Shown here one piece after another: positions 6,571 to 15,067 of a DNA stretch of 40,914 nucleotides. The DNA comes from a virus (lineage: Duplodnaviria > Caudoviricetes), in IMG/VR virus record IMGVR_UViG_3300017700_000575, positions 1 through 40,914 of that record. The stretch is one strand, 5' to 3'. Both the position numbers and the translations under genes were made by a program. The notes below the pieces were generated by a model. That model did not search any database. It was not told the DNA's origin and was given only the letters and a program-made list of their open reading frames with translations. The stretch's first letter is position 1. The number at the start of each line of letters is the position of its first letter.

Positions 6571-7296
6571 ACGAGCCTCAGCCAGCAGGGGACCATCGAG
6601 CGGAATTGCGCGGGGTAGATCCGTCTTGCTGCGCCCTACCGTGATGACGCCCCGATTGAGTTCGACTTGCCGCCACGTGAGGCCCAGCAGCTCGCCCTGA
6701 CGCATGCCCGTCAGGGCGGCTACCTCGATCAGGCGGGCAAAGGAGGGGGCCATGGCGACGGCCTTCTGGACCTCTTCCGGGGTAGGTATGTCGATCGGGT
6801 CGCGACGCTCCCGGATTAGGCTGCGGTCGTACTCGCGGGCGGCATTGTGCTCGGCGACGCCCCAACTGATTGCGCTGGCCAGCACGCGCGACACCGCGGT
6901 CAGGTCTCGGGTGATGCTCGCGTTCGTCACCTTGCCGGCGCGCTTTCGGGCGCTGATGATGGCGGCTATCTCACGTCGGCCGATGGTGTCCACGAACATT
7001 TCTTCAAGGGAAGGCAGCGCCAGGCCAACTTGGTTGAGGCTTATGAGGTAGCGAGTCGCGGTCGATTCCTTGATGGCTCCAGGCATGACCTCGGCGCAGT
7101 AGCGGCCAACAGCCTGTTTCCATGTCATGCGCGCATGGCCATATTGCTCAGCTTCGTTTAACTGCTCCTTCCACTTGCGGAGCCGTTTTTCCGCCTCGAG
7201 CTGATTAGGCGTTCGTAGACTTTTTCGTAGCTCCTTGTTGCCGGACTGAACGCGGCCCCAGTAGGTCTTGCCGCGCTTATAGAGGTTCCTCGCCAC
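6217..7296 (-). CDS. int: Tyrosine integrase
   Basis: TGMRQGEL (R), FHDLRH (HxxR), LGH, TEVY; GTG start at 7296 with GGAGG RBS. Confidence 0.95.
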   Translation of the reverse strand: MARNLYKRGKTYWGRVQSGNKELRKSLRTPNQLEAEKRLRKWKEQLNEAEQYGHARMTWKQAVGRYCAEVMPGAIKESTATRYLISLNQVGLALPSLEEMFVDTIGRREIAAIISARKRAGKVTNASITRDLTAVSRVLASAISWGVAEHNAAREYDRSLIRERRDPIDIPTPEEVQKAVAMAPSFARLIEVAALTGMRQGELLGLTWRQVELNRGVITVGRSKTDLPRAIPLDGPLLAEARGTLAGTPRHSTSALVFWHGDGHPYANFAANFRAWRVREGVRFRFHDLRHYFAVMFLRRGGYIYDLQGILGHASIKTTEVYLKYLTPEEKQRAMRLGGTKPGTSISGFSAVPPEGTDV

Positions 7297-7466
7297 GTCT
7301 CTTCCTCCTTGCCGGCCACCCACTGGCGCACGGCTTCTTCGCGGAATGTCCACATCTTGCCGAAGCGAGCGGCGCTCGGGATGCCCGCCGCGAGCTTCTG
7401 CACCGACCGTAGCGATAAGCCCGTCATTTCCGCCACCCTGGTGATCTTGATGCGCTCGCTGCCCAT
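7158..7466 (-). CDS. xis: Excisionase / helix-turn-helix protein overlapping int
   Basis: VAEMTGLSLRSVQKLA...FGKMWTF...VRQW winged-HTH pattern directly upstream of int. Confidence 0.75.
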   Translation of the reverse strand: MGSERIKITRVAEMTGLSLRSVQKLAAGIPSAARFGKMWTFREEAVRQWVAGKEEETWRGTSISAARPTGAAFSPATRSYEKVYERLISSRRKNGSASGRSS

Positions 7467-7491
7467 CCGGGGGGTCCTTCGCCTATGCGTT

Positions 7492-7530
7492 AAAACTGGG
7501 AGAACACAGGCTGGCCGCAGGCCAGCGAGC
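7492..7530 (-). repeat. Junction motif B, copy 2 (GCTC-hairpin-CTGTGTTCTCCCAGTTTT)
   Basis: 7-bp stem with a GCA triloop on the + strand; starts at the stop codon of the upstream gene. Confidence 0.7.
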
Positions 7531-8648
7531 TATCCTCTCGTCCCATTGGACGAGGGATTCAGGAGCGCGCGGATAGCAGACAGGATTTCATCGCATTGCT
7601 CTGCCCGGCAATGCCATGCGAACTGCAAGTCGTTCTTGACCATCGCGTCGGCCGATCCCCGCGCTCGATCTCTGGCCAGTTCGACTATGACCCGTATCGA
7701 TTCCAGCGCCTCTTCCCGTCCACCGTCTCCCGGTGGGGAGCGGAGAGCGGCGGCAGCCAACTTGTGCGCGAGCCCTCTCATTCCAGCTTCTACGAGACAA
7801 GCGCCATCATCTGACGAGCATTTGCCGGTTCGGCGCAGCGCGCTGCATTGGTTTTCACACAGTATCTTCAAAAGCCTGTCGGCCAGTACGTCGTCTCCCC
7901 CTTGGGATGGAGGGGAGATGGGGGTGTCGCGCAAGAGCGCTCCGCCATGCGGCCCGACTTCATCGGGTGGTGCCTGCTCCAGAATAGAAATCCGGCAGCG
8001 TCGCGGGGTCAGGGACCCGTTGTCGAACTTATCGATCAACTGTAGGCAGTCCGCCTCGTCAACATGCAGCGTGGCGAGGTCCGGCACGCCTAAGGCATCG
8101 ACGCCGATCCAAAGATCCTCTCCTCCCCCTCTGGTCTGGGTACCTTCCGGCTGGGCTCCTTCGATTGCCGACCAATAGGTTTCCAGTGCTGCGTCGCATT
8201 TGATATACAAAGGGTGCTTCGGCGCGCCGCTCTTGGTCTTGCCGAGGCAATGCAACGACACTCCGAGCGACCGAGCCAGCCACATGAGGCGAACGTCACG
8301 GCCATGAACAGGATTGGCGCCCCACCCGCAAAGCACGACGCCGCCCAGCGTACGGACAGCCTCTAGAGCGGATTTGATATGGCCGTCGTTCTCGCTGCCG
8401 ACGCGCACGGTTGCCTTGTAGAGATCGGCAGGCTTAGTCGCGCGGAACCCAAACAGGTTGACGACGATCAGTCGGCCGCAATTTTCCCGCAAGGCAAAGC
8501 CCTTGCATCGCCGGATCGTCGGATCATCCAACTCTGCATCGGCGGTGCTCGGATTCAGCATGACAAAGACACACGTCCTGAACGCCTCGCCGACGGTTCG
8601 ATCCAATCTGTAGCGATACAGGCCGCATGGGCTGATGACCGCGCTCAT
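7530..8648 (-). CDS. DUF1643-family protein with a long C-terminal extension
   Basis: SAVISPCGLYRYRL..FVMLNPSTADA..DDPTIRRC..NLF.FRAT.P..WG..PKHPLY. Confidence 0.85.
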   Translation of the reverse strand: MSAVISPCGLYRYRLDRTVGEAFRTCVFVMLNPSTADAELDDPTIRRCKGFALRENCGRLIVVNLFGFRATKPADLYKATVRVGSENDGHIKSALEAVRTLGGVVLCGWGANPVHGRDVRLMWLARSLGVSLHCLGKTKSGAPKHPLYIKCDAALETYWSAIEGAQPEGTQTRGGGEDLWIGVDALGVPDLATLHVDEADCLQLIDKFDNGSLTPRRCRISILEQAPPDEVGPHGGALLRDTPISPPSQGGDDVLADRLLKILCENQCSALRRTGKCSSDDGACLVEAGMRGLAHKLAAAALRSPPGDGGREEALESIRVIVELARDRARGSADAMVKNDLQFAWHCRAEQCDEILSAIRALLNPSSNGTRG

Positions 8649-8950
8649 CTCTCCTCTCCCTCACGTAGTACGGGAAGTGACGAAGGGGGGCTCGCTGCGG
8701 CTGAACACCTCTCTCCGTCCTGTGGGGGAGGGGAAAGGGCGGCACGATGTCGATCGACGAAAGCTAGAGCCTTTTGCTTGAACGCCAGCACGCGGCCTTT
8801 AGGATCGCACTGACACGGCATCCGAGGATCTTTCAAAAACAAACATCCGGGCAGATGCCCCATCGGTGCGCGGAAGCCTTCGTCCAATAGGTCGAGTGCC
8901 TCTCGCATCGCTTCCTCTCCTGATAGGGGAGGTGTGGGCTTGTCGGTCAT
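8645..8950 (-). CDS. Hypothetical protein (H..C..C.C)
   Basis: Translationally coupled; C-terminus runs through junction motif C. Confidence 0.6.
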   Translation of the reverse strand: MTDKPTPPLSGEEAMREALDLLDEGFRAPMGHLPGCLFLKDPRMPCQCDPKGRVLAFKQKALAFVDRHRAALSPPPQDGERCSAAASPPSSLPVLREGEER

Positions 8951-9546
8951 GGCTTCAGGGCCTCTCTGTAGTTGGCCGCGGCTTCGTCCAGTTCTTGCAG
9001 GCGTCTCTCGTGGGCGGCTGCATCGCCATCGGTGAAGCCGTTGCCGGTGCCGTCACAGCCCAGGCAGCGGATGGCGGTGTTCGAGATGATCTCGCGGCCG
9101 GTACCGTGGCAGCGCGGGCACTTCCAAAACATGCGGGGTGTCTGTCTCACGGCTATCTCTCCTTCATCGGGACCTTCAGCCGCATGCCAATCGGTGTATG
9201 CATCGCACAAGTGCCGAAAGTTGCGGTCGGACTCTTCGTCCCATTCGGAAACCGGCTCGAAGGGATCACAGCATGCGTTGATGTAGTTGCAGAGCGCGCC
9301 GTCGATCCGGTCCACCTTGGCAAGCAACTCAGCGTTCTTTGGCTCGTACCAAGGGAAAACGTCAACGATCTCGATTGCCTGTCGGAGGTGATGGCTGGCT
9401 TCGATGGTGACAGCGTCCTCCGTCAACGGGGACCCCCGCCCGCGTAAGGTGGCCTCCGCCAAAGCATGGGCCACCACTTGCACGGCATCGCCGCACAAGT
9501 CGGCCCGCAGTGGCACGGCAAACGAGGAAACCGGCTTATTGGTCAT
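8947..9546 (-). CDS. Protein with DnaJ-type zinc-finger repeats
   Basis: CPRCHGTG and CLGCDGTG; ATGA-coupled start at 9546. Confidence 0.7.
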   Translation of the reverse strand: MTNKPVSSFAVPLRADLCGDAVQVVAHALAEATLRGRGSPLTEDAVTIEASHHLRQAIEIVDVFPWYEPKNAELLAKVDRIDGALCNYINACCDPFEPVSEWDEESDRNFRHLCDAYTDWHAAEGPDEGEIAVRQTPRMFWKCPRCHGTGREIISNTAIRCLGCDGTGNGFTDGDAAAHERRLQELDEAAANYREALKP

Positions 9547-9749
9547 GGCGTGCCTTTCTCTCTTTGGACACGCAGCAGTTTCGGCCTGAACAACAACGAC
9601 GGCTTCCACCATTGCGGCGCGTTGTGAACGGTCAGGTTGACATAGACATTGACCGTCGCGCCGCCACCTGTGGCCTTGATCGAGACGCCGCCGGACTTGC
9701 TGTCGACAAGGCGCAATATGGCCTCGGCCAACTTTTCGATGTCGCTCAT
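9543..9749 (-). CDS. Hypothetical protein (MSDIEKLAEA...)
   Basis: ATGA coupling; GAGGAG RBS. Confidence 0.55.
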   Translation of the reverse strand: MSDIEKLAEAILRLVDSKSGGVSIKATGGGATVNVYVNLTVHNAPQWWKPSLLFRPKLLRVQREKGTP

Positions 9750-10111
9750 ATCTCTCTCCTCACCGTTTCCCCTGAAACCTTGCGCCGCCACTGTCTGTTC
9801 CAAGTGCTGCGCTTCTTGATCCCCAGGTGCTTCTGTTCGCATCTGACCGCCTTGGCGATCACGGCCACGTCCTTGGCGGTCTTGCCCTCGGCGCCCCTAT
9901 GACAGCAGGACTTGCCCAGCAGCCAGCCATCTTCGAGGGTGAGGGGCTTCGTCTTGTCGACAACCAGGGCCTCGGCCAGCTTGTGGTCGATCTCTCCGTC
10001 GCCGCGCTTGAGCACCAGGCCGCAGTTCTCGCAGCAGGCGCGGCCGGCGGCGTTCGTTGAGCGCAGGACGATGGCGGCCTTCTGGGCTCGGGTGAACTCG
10101 CGGCGCTTCAT
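9746..10111 (-). CDS. HNH endonuclease
   Basis: RREFT..K, CENCG, EIDH, CCH..KT.KD...IAK motifs. Confidence 0.85.
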   Translation of the reverse strand: MKRREFTRAQKAAIVLRSTNAAGRACCENCGLVLKRGDGEIDHKLAEALVVDKTKPLTLEDGWLLGKSCCHRGAEGKTAKDVAVIAKAVRCEQKHLGIKKRSTWNRQWRRKVSGETVRREI

Positions 10112-10458
10112 CGCGTGGCCTGCATCTCCGCCCGCCGCGTCGACTCTGCCGACCGGGCAAACTCGCCCATGATCTTGGCGCCGTCGTATCGAACGCGGGC
10201 CAGGTTCGCGAGGCGGCGGGCGTCCACCATCTTGCCGATATGCTCGGCATAGCGTTCGTCACCCTTGGCAAGCGCCTCTGCCTTCCATGCGGGCTGGTCC
10301 AGATGCTCCTTGGTCAGCTTGGCGAGCAGGGTGCCCTTGGTTTCCTCGAGCAGATCCGCCGCGGCCTCGGCGTCGGCCCACAGTTCGCCCCGGCTGACGA
10401 TCGACTGGGCGAAGCGCGCGGGGTCCGCCAGCGAGCTATTGGCAAGCCTGTCGCTCAT
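10108..10458 (-). CDS. Helical recombination-accessory protein
   Basis: WADAEAAADLLEETK motif; directly downstream of the SSAP. Confidence 0.65.
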   Translation of the reverse strand: MSDRLANSSLADPARFAQSIVSRGELWADAEAAADLLEETKGTLLAKLTKEHLDQPAWKAEALAKGDERYAEHIGKMVDARRLANLARVRYDGAKIMGEFARSAESTRRAEMQATR

Positions 10459-11216
10459 GCGGCTACCGCCGGCAGGTCGTCGCGCTTGGCCTCTACCGCG
10501 GCGATGATGGCGGCAAAGTCTGGCTCGGGTAGCTTCTCGCGCAAGCCTGCCTTGTGCTCGTCCCACCACGCCTTGAGCTCAAAGCGGTTGGAACTGGTGC
10601 CGATCGCCAGCAGGGCGGTTTTGTTCAGAAGCTCGATCTCCTTGCGATCCTTCGTGACCTGGTAGGTCGAACGGGTTTCCGTCGTCAGGCCGTCCCTGCG
10701 GGCTTCGTCAGCGAACTCGCCGGGAGGCGTGCTGCCGGGGATGTGGCCACCGCTGGCGAACTCACGGGTGGTCTCGCGGACGTACTTCTCGTCCTCGAAC
10801 ATCCCCATGTGGATGTCCGCACCCATGCCGATCTGCTTCATGGCGTTCGACAGTGCGTCGGTGTAGGATGCCTTGAAGGCTTCGTCGTTGGTGAAAGGGC
10901 CGTACTTGTTCTTGCCCAGCACCTTGTCGCCGCCGACGCCGTAGACCGTAGCGTGCTCGCCGCCGTTTCCCGCGTCCTTGTACCAAAGCGACACAGTGCA
11001 GAAGACAAGGATTTCCTCGCCTGCAATCACCGTCTCGAACTTCGGCTCGCCCATCCCCCATCCAGAGCCAGCCGGCCCGAACTGCTCGGTAAGGCGCTTG
11101 GTAAGCCAGATAGGCTTGATGGCCGTCCCCTGGAATCCGCCCGCCCGCTTGAAGCCCTTTGTATGCCTTGGGTCCGTCTTGGAGACGGCGTTCCAGATGC
11201 GAAGGTTGTCAGACAT
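10455..11216 (-). CDS. Single-strand annealing recombinase, Rad52/Sak-like
   Basis: NL.IW..V.KTDP..TK...GGF.GTAI.P....LTEQFGP.G.GWG; EAFK..TDAL..A...IG.GADIHMG.F. Confidence 0.8.
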   Translation of the reverse strand: MSDNLRIWNAVSKTDPRHTKGFKRAGGFQGTAIKPIWLTKRLTEQFGPAGSGWGMGEPKFETVIAGEEILVFCTVSLWYKDAGNGGEHATVYGVGGDKVLGKNKYGPFTNDEAFKASYTDALSNAMKQIGMGADIHMGMFEDEKYVRETTREFASGGHIPGSTPPGEFADEARRDGLTTETRSTYQVTKDRKEIELLNKTALLAIGTSSNRFELKAWWDEHKAGLREKLPEPDFAAIIAAVEAKRDDLPAVAA

Positions 11217-11397
11217 TGAGGGGTTCTCCTTTCAAGGCGCATGCCTCATCGACGGCGCGAGCATCGCGGGCGGCGATCTCGGCGTTGATGGCGGCGATTT
11301 CTCGCTGAAGTCCCCACTTCCTCAAGATCAGGTCGCAGGTGGAGGTCATCGCCAGCGTGGGGGCGTTCGATAGCGGGTGGTGGAGGGAATCGGGCAC
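11209..11397 (-). CDS. Hypothetical protein
   Basis: GGAGG RBS; coupled to neighbours. Confidence 0.55.
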   Translation of the reverse strand: MPDSLHHPLSNAPTLAMTSTCDLILRKWGLQREIAAINAEIAARDARAVDEACALKGEPLNV

Positions 11398-11667
11398 CTA
11401 GGCCTCCTTGATCGGATGAAGCTTTCCGTCCTTGAAGGTGTTGCGCGCCGACACGCGCTGAAAACGACCCCAGTTGAGATGGCCGTTGGTGGGATGCGCG
11501 CGCTCCAGCAGGTCGGTGTAGGATGCGCGGCATTCATCAATCATTGCTCCAGCGCTGGACATCTCCATCACTGCGAGGCAGTGCATGAAGCCGTTCTTCT
11601 CGGCGGCCTCGATCGCCGCCAGCGCCTTGCGCAACTGCTCGGCGTCTACACAAAACTGCATGCTCAT
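11398..11667 (-). CDS. Hypothetical accessory protein
   Basis: AGGAG RBS inside junction motif C leader. Confidence 0.7.
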   Translation of the reverse strand: MSMQFCVDAEQLRKALAAIEAAEKNGFMHCLAVMEMSSAGAMIDECRASYTDLLERAHPTNGHLNWGRFQRVSARNTFKDGKLHPIKEA

Positions 11668-11720
11668 TGCAGGACACTCCTATTGGTTATGATGCGAAAG
11701 GGCGCGCCGCTGCGCGCGAA

Positions 11721-11921
11721 CTACCCTCCCAGTCCTCGAACGATGGCGATGATGCCTACCGCCACGAAAGCCGGTGCGATCCAAGGCCATATGCTGCGCT
11801 TGCGGGCCATAGGCTCGACCTTGAGGAGGTCCCACCTGTCATCCGTCCCTCTGCGCATATCGCGGTGGAGCATGGCTTGGGCCTCTTTCATCGTCGGGAG
11901 GATCTCGGGGCGGGCGTTCAT
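11721..11921 (-). CDS. Small membrane protein
   Basis: C-terminal TM IWPWIAPAFVAVGIIAIV. Confidence 0.65.
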   Translation of the reverse strand: MNARPEILPTMKEAQAMLHRDMRRGTDDRWDLLKVEPMARKRSIWPWIAPAFVAVGIIAIVRGLGG

Positions 11922-12166
11922 ACGTCCCTCCGCATTGCAGCGATGGACTGAGGGGAGAACCGCCCGTAAGGCACGCCACCAGCAGCTGGGGAGATGGCGA
12001 CCGCGATCCAGCCCCGCGGCGGCTCGTCATAGAGCGCCAGGGCCTCCTCGAGCGTGTCCTCGTGCTCGTACTGGAAGCGGTTGTCTGCCGTGAGGGTCAC
12101 GACGTATCCGGTGCTGCGTGGCTGTGCAGATACGGGCGCGGCGGGCTGCATCAATGTGTCGGGCAT
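11918..12166 (-). CDS. Hypothetical protein
   Basis: AAGGA RBS; ATGA coupling. Confidence 0.65.
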   Translation of the reverse strand: MPDTLMQPAAPVSAQPRSTGYVVTLTADNRFQYEHEDTLEEALALYDEPPRGWIAVAISPAAGGVPYGRFSPQSIAAMRRDV

Positions 12167-12205
12167 GGTGTTATCCTTTCATCTTGGAGAGGGCGGCGCG
12201 GGCGA

Positions 12206-12358
12206 TCACAGCGGCCATCCGCCGGGCATCAGCCGGGCCACGATGTCGAGCAGGCCCCACAGGGCGAACGGCGACAGGATCAGGATGGTTATGGAGAGGC
12301 GCTGGGCCTGCTTGCGGAGGCGGGCATTCTCGCAGCAGAGGAAGGTGCGGGGGCTCAT
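12206..12358 (-). CDS. Small membrane protein (50 aa, MSPRTFLCCENARLRKQAQRLSITILILSPFALWGLL...)
   Basis: Not in the ORF track; ATGA overlap with the methyltransferase stop; TM segment. Confidence 0.55.
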   Translation of the reverse strand: MSPRTFLCCENARLRKQAQRLSITILILSPFALWGLLDIVARLMPGGWPL

Positions 12359-13128
12359 GCGTCACCGTTGGTCGCGGTGATCAGGCAGGCCGATACTTCG
12401 GTGCCGGATTCCGAGAAGGTCCCGGATGGCAGGTCCTCGACCTCCGCGCCGATCTCGCGCAGCCACCCCTGAAAGGCGCGCTCCTCCTTCGACTGATTAA
12501 CCAGTGCGCCGTGGTCGCAGATCGCCACCAGCGAGCCGCCTTCGCGCAGCCATCCCCATGCTTGCTGGATGTGTCGGATGGCCTGCTTGCCGGTGAACGG
12601 CGGATTCATCATGACGATGTCGAAGGGCGCGGAATGCTCCGGCAGTGTCAGGAAGTCCGCCCTCAGCACGTTAGTTGCTGGCAGCAGATCGTGCAGGAAA
12701 GGGATATTCGCGTCCCATATCTCGATGGCCCAGACCTGCGCGCCAGCATCGAGGCAAGGCCTAACGAGACGACCGCTGCCGGCGCTGGGCTCCAGCACCT
12801 TGTCGCCAGCAGAGACATTGACCCGCCGAACCATCTCCGCGGCCAGCGGCTCCGGCGTCTCGAAGAACTGATACTTGGTCTTCAGGTTCTCGACGGCGCC
12901 AGCCTGGACGCCACCGCGCAGTAACGCGGTCGGATCGGAGACGAAGACGTGCCCACCCTTGTGACGGTTCCACTTGCCGCCCAACGCTGTCAGCGCCTTG
13001 TTGACCTTCTCGTAGACGGGGCGGGCGAGCTGGCCGGGTGGCAGTTTTGCGACGGTGCCGTCGATCGACATGCCGGCAAGGATGGTGCGCGTCTCGTCGT
13101 CGAGAGCGATGGAGGCGCGCCCGCTCAC
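12355..13128 (-). CDS. SAM-dependent (probably N6-adenine DNA) methyltransferase
   Basis: QFFETP, VLEPSAGSG (motif I), MMNPPF (motif IV), LP.GTF.ESGT. Confidence 0.88.
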   Translation of the reverse strand: MSGRASIALDDETRTILAGMSIDGTVAKLPPGQLARPVYEKVNKALTALGGKWNRHKGGHVFVSDPTALLRGGVQAGAVENLKTKYQFFETPEPLAAEMVRRVNVSAGDKVLEPSAGSGRLVRPCLDAGAQVWAIEIWDANIPFLHDLLPATNVLRADFLTLPEHSAPFDIVMMNPPFTGKQAIRHIQQAWGWLREGGSLVAICDHGALVNQSKEERAFQGWLREIGAEVEDLPSGTFSESGTEVSACLITATNGDA

Positions 13129-13337
13129 AGCCGCACCCCCATGCGAGCCAACTCAGCCACCGACAGCGGCCGGTCGTTGATGTCGCCCGCATGCGCCGCC
13201 ACGATGTCAGCCGGGACTCCGAAGCCTTGGAGCATGATGGCGTACCCCGGAACGCGCGCGGCATCGTGAAGGGAAACCACGGTGCCCGGGGTGGCAGACA
13301 GCGCGGCTGCGGCGAGGAGGGAGAGGGTGGGGCGCAT
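13125..13337 (-). CDS. Hypothetical protein
   Basis: GGAG RBS; GTGA coupling. Confidence 0.5.
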   Translation of the reverse strand: MRPTLSLLAAAALSATPGTVVSLHDAARVPGYAIMLQGFGVPADIVAAHAGDINDRPLSVAELARMGVRL

Positions 13338-13340
13338 GAT

Positions 13341-13763
13341 CTAGGCTCCAATCCCAGCGGCCTTGGCGCGATGGATGCGCAACGCCCAAAAACCATCATC
13401 ACGCTGCAGCCACTCCCCGATCTTGATGCTCTTGCCCGTTTCGTCTTCAACCTCGACGAAGCGTCCACTTTCGTGGCTGGGTGGTCCGTCGAAGACGATG
13501 TCAATGAAAGGAACCGAAGGCTTGGGCGGCGCTTCCGGTCCGCCGTGGCCTACGCACGCGAGGCCCGGCACATAGCCGTCATACCGACCGTCGATGCGCG
13601 TGTAGCGACCCTGCCCGACGTTCCAAATTCGCGCGCTGGGCGGGGGACGTCCGTAAGCTGGCTTGTCACAGAAGCCGTCTGGGCAGCCGCCGGACCACAT
13701 GGGGACCGAGCACTTGCCGACGCCGTCCGTCAGTTCCTCGTGGTGCTTGCTCATGCGCGCCAT
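13341..13763 (-). CDS. Two-module hypothetical protein (Cys-rich N-terminus; IDIVFDGPPSHESGRFVEVED C-terminus)
   Basis: TGATG coupling; recurrent phage domain. Confidence 0.7.
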   Translation of the reverse strand: MARMSKHHEELTDGVGKCSVPMWSGGCPDGFCDKPAYGRPPPSARIWNVGQGRYTRIDGRYDGYVPGLACVGHGGPEAPPKPSVPFIDIVFDGPPSHESGRFVEVEDETGKSIKIGEWLQRDDGFWALRIHRAKAAGIGA

Positions 13764-13993
13764 CACACCACCCCCTTCAGCATCCCGCGCACGCCGCGCA
13801 GCGCCGCGATGGAAGAGGCGGCCACGCACAGCTTGTGACCGTCATCGAAGCGAACGATGAACCAGCCAGCCAGCGTGCGGTCAGGGCGGACGATCGTGGC
13901 GGCCTCGACGCGCCCAGCCGCTCCGGCGATCTGGACTTGCTGGCGGCGCTTGAAGGCTGCGGTCTTTGTCTTGGCGGTGTGGGTGGTGGGCAT
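13763..13993 (-). CDS. Small SH3-like beta protein
   Basis: AGGAGG RBS; GWFIVRFDDG. Confidence 0.65.
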   Translation of the reverse strand: MPTTHTAKTKTAAFKRRQQVQIAGAAGRVEAATIVRPDRTLAGWFIVRFDDGHKLCVAASSIAALRGVRGMLKGVV

Positions 13994-13994
13994 G

Positions 13995-14171
13995 TCAGCG
14001 GCCCTCCTTTCGGCGAAGGCGCTCGCGGTCTGCCAGATCAGCCAGCCGCTCAGTCATCGCGCCGTGGGCTTCGTCGCCGGCCTGCTTGTAGGCGCGGTCG
14101 AACGGGATGCCGGCGTCTTCCTTCTCGGCGAGAAGGCGCTCCATTTCGGCGAACCAGAGGTCTTTGGACAT
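13995..14171 (-). CDS. Hypothetical protein (MSKDLWFAEMER...RKEGR)
   Basis: GGAG RBS; abuts both neighbours. Confidence 0.65.
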   Translation of the reverse strand: MSKDLWFAEMERLLAEKEDAGIPFDRAYKQAGDEAHGAMTERLADLADRERLRRKEGR

Positions 14172-14172
14172 G

Positions 14173-14442
14173 TCAGGCTCCGATCCCAGCAGCCTTGGCG
14201 CGCTCGATGGCCTTCTCGACTTCGACCAATGCGCCCAGCGGGGTGCCGTCGCCAACGAACGTGGTGCGATGCTTGGCGAAGTAGTCGAGGAAGCGCTGGG
14301 CCTCCTCCAACGCCTCAAGCATGGCGCGGACGACGGGGTCATTGGCCACAACCTCCGCGCGGGTGAACGGAATTGCGCCCGGCGCTACGTGGTCATTGTC
14401 GACTGGCGGCGTGATGGAGAGGGCGGTGTGGGTGGTGGGCAT
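14173..14442 (-). CDS. First gene of the PL operon, hypothetical
   Basis: GGGAG RBS; MPTTHTA start; MLEALEEA...AIERAK motif. Confidence 0.65.
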   Translation of the reverse strand: MPTTHTALSITPPVDNDHVAPGAIPFTRAEVVANDPVVRAMLEALEEAQRFLDYFAKHRTTFVGDGTPLGALVEVEKAIERAKAAGIGA

Positions 14443-14499
14443 TGCGGCTCCCGGTTCCGTGAAGTGTTCAATTTGGAACACCTCACTGTTGACGGGATA

Positions 14500-14543
14500 A
14501 CTATGGGCCCGATTTGGGCCCGTGTAAAGCCCAAATTGTCCCC
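14500..14543 (-). promoter_or_regulatory. PL promoter with two operators
   Basis: Minus strand TTTACA-N17-CATAGT; operators GGGCCCGATTTGGGCCC (14505-14521) and AAGCCCAAATTGTCCCC (14527-14543). Confidence 0.75.
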
Positions 14544-14699
14544 CGCATTATTTTTTTGTTGCAGACGAGGGAACTACAGCGGGAGGGAGCGAGCCTAAGC
14601 GGCTGTGATCATTTGGGAATTATACGTACGCAGTACGCGCAACTTTGCTGCTTGCATTTTAAGGAATGCAAGAAGTAGGTCTTTACGTCCGGTCTGCGA

Positions 14700-14963
14700 T
14701 TACTTGATAATCCGTAGTCGGCGGGAGGGCTCTGCCCCGTAGATCCAGTACTCAACTGGGCGCGCCAGAAGGATCGATAACGCGGGGAGCAAGTGCAATG
14801 GAAACGCGGAACCAGGCCGGTTTTCATATTTCTTATAAGTGGTTTTCTTCAAACCTAAACTGAGAGCGAGCTGCTCCTGAGACAGGCCGCGTTCTTTCCG
14901 GGCGGCCCGTAGGCGCTCCTGGAATTCCCGATTGAATGTGGCCTCGTCCTTTGAGGGGTCCAT
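14700..14963 (-). CDS. CI-like XRE-family repressor, HTH only
   Basis: RLRAARKERGLSQEQLA..LG....TY.KYE; divergent from the cro-like gene. Confidence 0.85.
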   Translation of the reverse strand: MDPSKDEATFNREFQERLRAARKERGLSQEQLALSLGLKKTTYKKYENRPGSAFPLHLLPALSILLARPVEYWIYGAEPSRRLRIIK

Positions 14964-15061
14964 TTAGTACCCTTTATTGCGCTACGCACAGTGCGCAATA
15001 GGACTCGGTCGCAAAGGGCCCAAAAAGTGCCTTGACGTAGGACCCGATTTGGGCCCATGCT
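14956..15061 (+). promoter_or_regulatory. PR/OR region with three operators
   Basis: TTGACG at 15032, CATGCT at 15056; operators at 14956-14972, 15016-15032 and 15040-15056. Confidence 0.75.
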
Positions 15062-15067
15062 GTGCGC

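Noticed and set aside
12171-12365. Track ORF MTHEPPH... as the gene after the methyltransferase
   Set aside because: The alternative frame 12206..12358 has ATGA coupling and a TM helix; the ARAALSKMKG tail looks like a gene remnant
14454-14469. Alphaproteobacterial LexA box
   Set aside because: The GTTC repeats are spaced N8, not the canonical N7
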